Source: Kiritimatiellia bacterium (GTDB taxonomy: Bacteria; Verrucomicrobiota; Kiritimatiellia; RFP12; JBMNHG01). From it: a stretch of 64,000 bases of DNA. The stretch spans positions 124,001 to 188,000 of the forward strand of contig JBMNHG010000002.1 in assembly GCA_050950285.1 (NCBI GenBank), written 5' to 3'. The notes under the pieces are model-generated. The model worked only from the letters and a program-made list of their open reading frames with translations. It did no database searches and was not told the DNA's origin. Shown in pieces: positions 53,201 to 60,981 of this stretch (the stretch's first letter is position 1; each line of letters starts with the position of its first letter). Position numbers and translations under genes: made by a program.

Positions 53201-54004
53201 TCAATAGGGGTCCATGAGGGAGTTGTCGTCGGGGCCGATCCATCCGAGGCGGGCGCGCACGTATCGTTTGGCGGGGAGGTTTTCCATCTTCACGGCGCCC
53301 ACGTGGCCGTCGCACCAGACAACGTTCGCGTGGTTGCGGTGGCGGAAGTGGACCGTTGGCTCCGACACGGCGGACGATTCCGTACCCGGCGCGAAGACCC
53401 AGTGGTAGGGTTCGATGAAGGAATATTCGATGAGCGAATCCCTGCCCTTCTTCCCGCCCGGCCTGAGGTAGGCGGCGTCGGCGAACATGGCGGTGTTGGC
53501 GGGGTCGGCAATCCCGTCGAAGGGCATTCCTTCCACAAACGCCGGGCCGGTCATCCCGTCGAGATACAGGCGGGATCCGACGCCCACCAGGTTGTATCCG
53601 TAGCCGCCGCACCCGAGCTCGAAGTTGTCGCCGGGCGCGAGGTGGTCGTTGTGGAACCGGCACGACGGGCACATGCGGATTCCCTTGGCGTCCAGGTAGT
53701 CCGCCAGGGGCCCAAGCTCTCCGACGAAGGGTTTCCGCAGGCTTTCGCGGTATCCGTGCCACCGCTCCAGATCCCTGCCCGACCAGGACGTCGAGGCGGC
53801 GGGAACGTAGTGGCCCGTTTCGGACGCATACGCGGTGTTGGCGATGAACAGCTGGCGGAGGTTGGAGGCGCACTGGGCCCGGCGGGCGTTTTCCATCGCC
53901 ATTCGCACCCCCATCGTCGCGGAGGCCACGAGCAACCCGATGATCGCGACAACGACCAGGAGCTCGACCAGCGTGAAGGCGGAGGAATGGCGATGGAACG
54001 TCAT
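53201..54004 (-). CDS. Prepilin-type N-methylation protein with C-terminal H-X9-DG motif (DUF1559-like)
   Basis: AFTLVELLVVVAIIGLL, C.SNLRQL, CPS, YGYN, RHRNHANVVWCDGHV. Confidence 0.9.
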   Translation of the reverse strand: MTFHRHSSAFTLVELLVVVAIIGLLVASATMGVRMAMENARRAQCASNLRQLFIANTAYASETGHYVPAASTSWSGRDLERWHGYRESLRKPFVGELGPLADYLDAKGIRMCPSCRFHNDHLAPGDNFELGCGGYGYNLVGVGSRLYLDGMTGPAFVEGMPFDGIADPANTAMFADAAYLRPGGKKGRDSLIEYSFIEPYHWVFAPGTESSAVSEPTVHFRHRNHANVVWCDGHVGAVKMENLPAKRYVRARLGWIGPDDNSLMDPY

Positions 54005-54014
54005 GGCGGCCTTG

Positions 54015-56849
54015 TTACGGCTCCATCTTCACCCGGATGCCGTAGAAGCGGCTGCCGGATGCGGGAACGGCGTGCGTCCAGCTGTTCGTTCCGGTGGAGG
54101 ACCGGACGGGAATCTCGTTCGTCTCCACCGCGGCGCCTGCGGCGAGGTCCGTGCGGACGAGCACTTCGAACGGGAGGTCGGAGCCATGGGTGCCGCCGAG
54201 CCAGGTGACGGTCGTGCCGGACTCCGAGGCGGAGACGCCGACGATGCGGAGCGATTCGGCGCCGTCCAGCGGATCCGTGCCGCCGAAGTACTCGGCCCAG
54301 GTCGGCTGTCCGTCGCCGTCGGGATCCGCCGCGGCGGCGGCTTCGGCCTGGACGGCGTCGACACCGCCGGCGGGATCCATCGCGCCGGTGGACAGCAGCC
54401 AGGCGTACGGAACGCCTTGCGACGTGGCGGCGTTGGGATCCAGGAAGACGACGGTCATCGCATGGTCGGCCTGGAGGTTTTCGAGGGTCAGTCCGTTGCC
54501 GGCGACGGGCTGTTCGACGCCGTCGAGAAGGACGGCCGCCAGAAGGTGCCCCTGTGCCGGCGCGAAGGTGAAGGTCACATTGGTGCCGTGCGGGACCGAC
54601 ACGTAGTTCGCCGGTTTCCCGAGGGGCGAGACGCTTCCGTTTCCGGACACGGCCACGTCGATGCGCGAGGCGCCCGAGGAGTTCAGCACGCCCACGGCGT
54701 CGAGATCCACGCCGCCGGAGCCCCACGTCACCCAGGCATCGCTGATCGGACGGCCGGCGGCGTCGGTGCGCGAACCGTCGCCGGGGATGTCCACGATGCG
54801 GACGTGGGTGACCGCCGAGAGGTCGAGCGTGCCGGCCACGGCGTCGGCGCTGTCGGCGAGTTCCGCGAGATCGAAGGGCGTGCCCCAGGAGATGTCGTAG
54901 CTGTTCGCGTGTTTGCCGCAGAGGTTGTAGACATAGCGGGAATCCAGGCTCGCGTAACCCCTGCCGTTCGATATGTCGAGATCTTCGTGCAGGTATGCCG
55001 CCGGGAAGCGGGTGAAGTGGATTCCGTCGGAGGAGACCTCGACATAGCCGAGTTCGGCGGAGAAGCGGTTGTCGACATTGTCCACGACGAAGCCGTTCTC
55101 GAAGACGGCGAAGTCCGGGCCGGCCTTGTCCGTGATGGGCATCGGGAAGGTGAGGGTGATGGTGCCGGGTTCGTCGCCTGCCTCGATCTGCGCGGCCGAG
55201 AGGTCGCCGAGCGAGACGACGTCGAACGCATCGCCGGTGGCGGGGCCGAGGGCGCGCGTCGTATCCTTCCACGCGTCGAGCACGTCGGCCGTGGGCGCGT
55301 ATTCGGAGACTCCGCCGGCCCATGCGGCGAAGGCGGGGTTCACGCCGTTTCCGGCGTCGTCCACCGCGCCGTCGATGCCGCTGCCGCAATAGCCGGGAAT
55401 CGGCGCATCGGTGCCGTTGCCGGCCGCCGTTCCCGTGGGGTCGCTGAAGGAATAGGCGTACTCCAGGCCGTCCATGGCGAAGTAGGCGGGCGTGTTCAGG
55501 CCGTACTGTCCGGTGTCGCTTCCGGACAACGTGAAGGAGAGCGCCTTCACGGCAGGTCCGAAGGAGGAGAGGTCGACCCAGGTCCAGTCGGAAAGGATGT
55601 AGTCGTCGTCGGAGTCGTCGAAGCGGTAGTCGGCGAGGTAGGCGTCGATCGTCCCGAGCGGGTTGCCGCAGGCGTCGCGCGCGGCGATCGTCACCTTGAG
55701 CCAGTCGGGGTCGGTGCCGTCGTCGCCGCCGAACTTCTTCGCCGTGACGCCGCTTCCGTTCAGCATCGTGAGTGCCGCGTAGGTGGTGTTGGCGATGTGG
55801 AATCCCGGCACGAACGCCTGCCGGGGGAAGGTGATCTCGTTCGTGCTCCATACGCCGCCATCGAAGTAGACGGCGTAGTTGCCGTTGGTGGAGAGGTCGT
55901 GGCCGGGCATCCAGACCGCGTATTGGTTCCTGAAGCCGGCTGTGTTGGTGTCGCAGACGGACGAGCAGGAGAAGCCCATGCAATAGCCGTAGGAGTCGGT
56001 GTTGCCGAAGTGGACGTCGAGATCGGTGAAGCCGTCGCCCAGCTGCGGGCCGAAATACGGCGCGCCGGGAGAGGTCGGAAGGGTGTCGAAGGTGGCGTCG
56101 AGGGTCTCGTAGGCCGGGATGTACTCCAGGTCGTCGAGGGCGACGTACGTCGGCGTGTTCAGATAGCCATAGGACATGTCGCTGCCCGAGAAGGAGAACT
56201 CGAGCGACACGACCCGATCACCGAGCGAAGAGAGGTCGACGCGCGTCCAATCGGAGACGATGTAATCCTGGGACGGATCCTCCGGGCGGAAGTCGCCAAG
56301 GTAGAAGTCCACGGATCCGATGGCGGCGCCGCGGGCGTCGCGCCCGGTGATGGTCACCTTGAACCAGTCGGGATCGGTGCCGTCGGCGCCGCCGAACTTC
56401 TTCGCCCAGTTGTCGCCGTTCAGCATCGACAGCGCCACGTAGGTGGTGTTGTTCAGGTAGATCTGGCGCACCTGCACCGGGCCGGAGAAGGTGATGGCCG
56501 TGGGCGTCTCGAATCCGGGGAAGGCCACGGCATAGGCTCCGCTTCCGCCCCGCCCCGTCCCGGGCGTCCAGACCGCGTATTGGTTCGGAGTGCCGGGCGT
56601 GTTGGTGTCCGACACGCGGGAAAGCGCGAAGCCTTCCCAGTATTTGTGGTCGGTGTGGTACTGGTTGCCAAAGAAGGCGTACCCATCGGCGGAGAGGAAA
56701 CCGCCGGAGAGGTCGGACCCGTTGTCGTAGGAATCCGGGGCGTCCAGCCCCATCCCCTCGAAATCCACGCGATGGGTGGCGGCGGCGGCAAAGCTGGCGA
56801 ACGACAGAAGAGCACCGATTACGGCGCAACGGAAAACGATCGATTTCAT
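54015..56849 (-). CDS. Secreted surface protein with two DUF4465 domains, a further beta domain and a PVC-type C-terminal domain; putative cobalamin-binding
   Basis: Signal peptide; two copies of NTTY.AL.MLNG...KKFGG.DGTDPDW.KVTI...YL.D.R...DWT.VDLSS.G...YG.NTP.Y.A.D; VVSLGD...DFAVFENGF...VEVSSDG; DPDGDG...RFYGIRV. Confidence 0.85.
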   Translation of the reverse strand: MKSIVFRCAVIGALLSFASFAAAATHRVDFEGMGLDAPDSYDNGSDLSGGFLSADGYAFFGNQYHTDHKYWEGFALSRVSDTNTPGTPNQYAVWTPGTGRGGSGAYAVAFPGFETPTAITFSGPVQVRQIYLNNTTYVALSMLNGDNWAKKFGGADGTDPDWFKVTITGRDARGAAIGSVDFYLGDFRPEDPSQDYIVSDWTRVDLSSLGDRVVSLEFSFSGSDMSYGYLNTPTYVALDDLEYIPAYETLDATFDTLPTSPGAPYFGPQLGDGFTDLDVHFGNTDSYGYCMGFSCSSVCDTNTAGFRNQYAVWMPGHDLSTNGNYAVYFDGGVWSTNEITFPRQAFVPGFHIANTTYAALTMLNGSGVTAKKFGGDDGTDPDWLKVTIAARDACGNPLGTIDAYLADYRFDDSDDDYILSDWTWVDLSSFGPAVKALSFTLSGSDTGQYGLNTPAYFAMDGLEYAYSFSDPTGTAAGNGTDAPIPGYCGSGIDGAVDDAGNGVNPAFAAWAGGVSEYAPTADVLDAWKDTTRALGPATGDAFDVVSLGDLSAAQIEAGDEPGTITLTFPMPITDKAGPDFAVFENGFVVDNVDNRFSAELGYVEVSSDGIHFTRFPAAYLHEDLDISNGRGYASLDSRYVYNLCGKHANSYDISWGTPFDLAELADSADAVAGTLDLSAVTHVRIVDIPGDGSRTDAAGRPISDAWVTWGSGGVDLDAVGVLNSSGASRIDVAVSGNGSVSPLGKPANYVSVPHGTNVTFTFAPAQGHLLAAVLLDGVEQPVAGNGLTLENLQADHAMTVVFLDPNAATSQGVPYAWLLSTGAMDPAGGVDAVQAEAAAAADPDGDGQPTWAEYFGGTDPLDGAESLRIVGVSASESGTTVTWLGGTHGSDLPFEVLVRTDLAAGAAVETNEIPVRSSTGTNSWTHAVPASGSRFYGIRVKMEP

Positions 56850-56865
56850 GATTCCCCTTTCGCCA

Positions 56866-57198
56866 TCAGTTTCCAGAGACCCAGGCGTTCACGGTGTCGA
56901 CATCGACGCCGGCGGCGGCAAGCCGACCACGGAAACGCGCGCGGAAACGACGCGCGTCGTCCGCGTCGAAGCCTTCGTCATGGAGGTCGTTGTCGATGCG
57001 CTCCATGAGGTCCATCGCCTCGGCGAAGGTCTCTTCCCCGGTGGCTTTCACGGCGGAAAGCGGCGCGCCGTTTTCCGCAGGCTGCGCCTCGGCGGAGGTG
57101 TCGGGGGAATCGGGGGCGGGGGCGGCGGGCTGCCGGGCGCATCCCGCCTGGAGAAGGGCCGCGGCAAGAAGCGCGAACCCAAGCGTGCAGTAGTTCAT
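56866..57198 (-). CDS. Small acidic lipoprotein, unknown function
   Basis: MNYCTLGFALLAAALLQAGC lipobox; RBS GGAAAGG; first gene after the riboswitch. Confidence 0.7.
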   Translation of the reverse strand: MNYCTLGFALLAAALLQAGCARQPAAPAPDSPDTSAEAQPAENGAPLSAVKATGEETFAEAMDLMERIDNDLHDEGFDADDARRFRARFRGRLAAAGVDVDTVNAWVSGN

Positions 57199-57330
57199 GT
57201 GGACCTTTCCAGGCCCCATCCCAGCAAGGAGCGGAAGGTCGGCATGCAGGCCGTCCACGGGCATCGTACTGCCTGGATGCATGGCGCTGCCGATTCCGTC
57301 CCCGCATTCGCGTGGGGCCGTGAATCCGAC

Positions 57331-57500
57331 GCCTGGCTCGTCTTCTGGCTTTGCCTTCGCCAGCCGGCCTTCCCGCCGCCTTTCGGCAACAGTGGCATCG
57401 TGGCTGGGGGGATCCCGCACTCGCGGGCATGGCTTACAGCGGCGCGACCGCGTCCGAATCTCACGGACTTCCGTACACGCAGGCATCGATGACGGCGCCC
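57331..57500 (-). promoter_or_regulatory. Cobalamin riboswitch
   Basis: Minus strand: CGGAAGTCCGTGAGATTCGGACGCGGTCGCGCCGCTGTAA...GCCACTG...GGGAAGGC...AGCCAGAAGACGAGCC (B12 box). Confidence 0.92.
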
Positions 57501-57585
57501 ACCGTAGGGCATCCCCGCCCCAAAGTCCAGCGCAAACATCTCGCCCTTTCCGGACACGGCCGGATCTGGTACAGTGGCCGACATC

Positions 57586-58395
57586 ATGATGAACCCCGTT
57601 TCCTTTTCCTGGCCGGAGGGAAAATCCGGCGCCCTGACCACCAGCTGGGACGATGGCACATGCCACGACCGCAGGCTCGTGGACATCCTGAACCGCAATG
57701 GCCTGAAGGCGACCTGGAACCTCAACGCCCGGCGCATGCTCGCGGAACCCGCCGAAACGGTCGTGCAGGCAGACGAAGCCCGCTCGCTCTACGCAGGCCA
57801 TGAAATCGCCTGCCACGCCTATTCGCACCCGCACCTCGAGGAGATCCCCGAAGAGGCCGTGAAGGCCGAGATGATCGCCGACCGCCGCCACCTCGAGGCC
57901 ATCGCCGGATACCCCGTGCGCGGCATGGCGCTTCCCTACGGCTCCTACGACGCCCGCGTCGTCCGGCTGCTGCGCGAGTGCGGAATCCTCCACAGCCGCA
58001 CCACCGCCGCCCACGACCGCTTCGGCCTGCCGGGCGACTTCCTGGAGTGGCATCCCACCTGCCACCATCGCGCCGACCTCGCCGGCCTCTGGACGAAATT
58101 CGTCGAAAACCGCTCGCCCACGAAGCTCTTCTACCTGTGGGGCCACAGCTACGAGTTCCCGCGCGACGACAACTGGGAAACGATCGAGGAGTTCGCCGCG
58201 ACCGCAGGGGCCGCCGCCGACATCTGGAAGGCCACGAACATGGAGGTGGCGCTCTACGTCGCCGCCTGGCGCCAGCTCTGGTGCTCGCTCGATCTCACCT
58301 CCGTCTACAACCCCTCCGCAACGACGGTCTGGTTCCACGCAAACGGGAAACTCCGCTCCTGCGCCGCCGGCGAAACCCTGCCGCTGCCGGACTGA
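57586..58395 (+). CDS. Polysaccharide deacetylase (CE4/NodB-like)
   Basis: TTSWDDG, HEIACHAYSHP, GMALPYG, YLWGHSYEF. Confidence 0.9.
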   Translation: MMNPVSFSWPEGKSGALTTSWDDGTCHDRRLVDILNRNGLKATWNLNARRMLAEPAETVVQADEARSLYAGHEIACHAYSHPHLEEIPEEAVKAEMIADRRHLEAIAGYPVRGMALPYGSYDARVVRLLRECGILHSRTTAAHDRFGLPGDFLEWHPTCHHRADLAGLWTKFVENRSPTKLFYLWGHSYEFPRDDNWETIEEFAATAGAAADIWKATNMEVALYVAAWRQLWCSLDLTSVYNPSATTVWFHANGKLRSCAAGETLPLPD

Positions 58396-58428
58396 TCGCT
58401 CCCCTCCCCCATCGACAGGACACCTCCC

Positions 58429-59206
58429 ATGAAAATCTTGATGGCCGGCGACATCGTCGGCTCGCCCGGACGCAACGCGTTCAAGATCGTCGTGCAGCGC
58501 CTTCGCGCCGCCGGCGAAATCCACGCCGTGGTCGCCAACGCCGAGAACTGCGCCGCCGGAAGCGGCATCACCGCCGATCTCGCGGAGGAGCTTTTCGCCG
58601 CCGGCGCCGACGTGCTCACCCTCGGAGACCACACCTGGAACCAAAAGGGCCTCGATGCCTTCATCGCCCGGGAGAGGCGCCTCCTCCGCCCCGCGAACTT
58701 CTCCCCCGCATGCCCCGGACGCGGCATCGTCACCGTGCAGACGCCCGTCGGGCCGCTCGCCGTGATGAACCTGATCGGGCGCGTCTTCATGGCCAACCCC
58801 GCCGAATGCCCCTTCGCCGCCGCCGACTGCCGCGCTGAAGGCCCTTCCCGCCGGTTCGCCCGTGCTCGTGGACTTCCACGCCGAGGCCACCTCCGAGAAG
58901 ATCGCGATGGGCCGCTACCTCGATGGACGCGTCGCCGCCGTGGCCGGCACCCATACCCACGTCCAGACCAGCGACGACCGCATCCTCCCCGGCGGCACCG
59001 CCTATCTCACCGACCTCGGGATGACCGGCCCCGTCGATTCCGTGATCGGTCGCGCCATCGAGCCCGTCCTCAAGAAATTCACCACCGGAATGCCCGCGAA
59101 ATTCAATGTCGCCTCCGGCCCCGCCGCCCTCGAGGGAATCATCGTCGAGGTCGACCGCCACACCTGCCGCGCCACCGCCCTCCGCCGGGTGCGCGAATTC
59201 GCCTGA
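58429..59206 (+). CDS. ymdB: YmdB-family metallophosphoesterase; frameshift near 58828
   Basis: GDIVG.PG, NAEN.A.GSG, TLGDH, RPAN, then [27 protein letters not shown] in another frame. Confidence 0.9.
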
Positions 59207-59220
59207 CCCACCCCCACACA

Positions 59221-59243
59221 CCCAACCCAACCCAACCCAACCC
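59221..59243 (+). repeat. (CCCAA)4 microsatellite
   Basis: cccaacccaacccaacccaaccc, ending 9 nt before ATG 59253. Confidence 0.8.
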
Positions 59244-59252
59244 GGACACGCC

Positions 59253-60981
59253 ATGGATTCCGCACTCGCATCCCGCATCGACGCGCGCCTGCGCTTCGTC
59301 TACGGTCCCCGAAACCGCCGCATCCCTCCTGCCGCGCGTCCTCGCGCTGTGGCCGAACGCTGGAAGCCCCGCATCGCCCCGCGCCGCGTCGGGTGGGATG
59401 CCTCGGACGCCCTCCTCATCACCTACGGCGACTCCATCCTGCCGGCCGGGGGGGTCGGGCGCCACGCCGCTCGCCGCGCTCCGCGACTTCCTCGATTCAC
59501 GCGTGGGCGACCTCCTGTCCTTCGTCCACCTCCTCCCCTTCTACCCCTACACGTCGGACGACGGCTTCGCCGTGGAGGACTTCCGCCGCGTCCGCCCCGA
59601 CCTCGGAGGGTGGGACGACATCGCCGCCCTCGCCGAACGCCGCCGCGTGGTCTTCGACGGCGTCGTCAACCACGTCTCCGCCTCCTCCGCCTACCTCAAG
59701 GGGTATCTCGCGGGCGACCCCCGCTACGCGGACTTCTTCATCGACCTGCCGCCCGACACCGACACCCGCTCGGTCCTCCGCACGCGGAATTCTCCCCCTC
59801 CTGCACGACTACCCCGCGGGCAGACGGCTCCACCCCGCTGGCTCTGGACCACCTTCAGCCGCGACCAGCCCGACCTGAACTTCCACAACCCGGAGGTCCT
59901 CCTCGAGATTCTCGACGTGCTCCTTGGCTACGCCGCGCGCGGCGCCTCGATGATCCGCCTCGACGCCATCCCCTACCTCTGGAAGCAACTCGGCACCTCC
60001 TGCGCCCACCTGCCCCAGACCCACGAGCTCATCCGGCTCTTCCGCGACGTCCTGGACGCCGCCGCACCCCACGTGCTCCTGCTCTCCGAGACCAACGTCC
60101 CCCACCAGGAGAACATCGCCTACTTCGGCGACGCCGGCGATGAAGCGCAGATGATCTACAACTTCGCGCTCGCCCCGCTCTATCGTCCACTCCCTCCATA
60201 CCGGAGACGGCACCGTCCTCTCCGACTGGGCCTCCGGCATCCGGTGGATCGGCCCGCGCGCCACCTACCTCAACATCACCGCCACCCACGACGGCATCGG
60301 GATGCGCCCCACCGAAGGCCTGCTGGACGAACCGTCCCGCAAGGCGCTCATGGAGCTCTCCTTCGCGCGCGGCGGCGATGTCACCGGAAAGCGCAACTCC
60401 GACGGCTCCATCTCGCCCTACGAACTCAATCTCGGCTACTTCGACGCCGTGAACGACCCCGGCGGCACGGACTCCCTCTCCGTGCAGGTGGACCGCTTCC
60501 TCGTCTCGCAGGCCATCCCGATGTGCCTGATGGGCATGCCGGGCCTCTACATCCACAGCCTCGTCGGATCGCGCAACGACTACGAGGGCGTGAAGCGCAC
60601 CGGACGCGCCCGCAGCATCAAACCGCGAGCAACTCCGCGCGGAAGATCTCGCCCGCGACCTCGACGATCCATCGACGCTCCGCGCGCGCGTCTTCGGCGG
60701 CATCGCCCGTCTCCTGCGCCTCCGCGCCGCGCAACCCGCCTTCCACCCCGACGCCTCCCAGTCCATCCCCCGGGCCGGCCAAGGAACTCTTCGCCGTACG
60801 GCGCGAATCCGCCTGCGGCCAGATCCTCTTCGCCCTCCACAACCTCGCCGGAAATCCCGCCGCCTTCACCCCGCAAGCCCACGACGGCCCCGCGCGCTGG
60901 CGCGACCTCCTCGACCGCGAAGAAGGCGAAGGCGCCGTGCCGATCGCCCCCTACCAAATCCGCTGGATCACCCGGCGATGA
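59253..60981 (+). CDS. GH13_18 sugar (sucrose/glucosylglycerate-like) phosphorylase; several frameshifts
   Basis: LLITYGDS, VHLLPFYPYTSDDGF, VVNHVS, WTTFS.DQPDLN, IRLDAIPYLWK, ETNVPH.EN, ATHDGIG, PYELN, GMPGLY across frames. Confidence 0.85.

Noticed and set aside
58429..60981. 850-aa YmdB-phosphorylase fusion
   Set aside because: An artefact of frameshifts; ymdB has its own stop at 59206 and the phosphorylase its own ATG at 59253.
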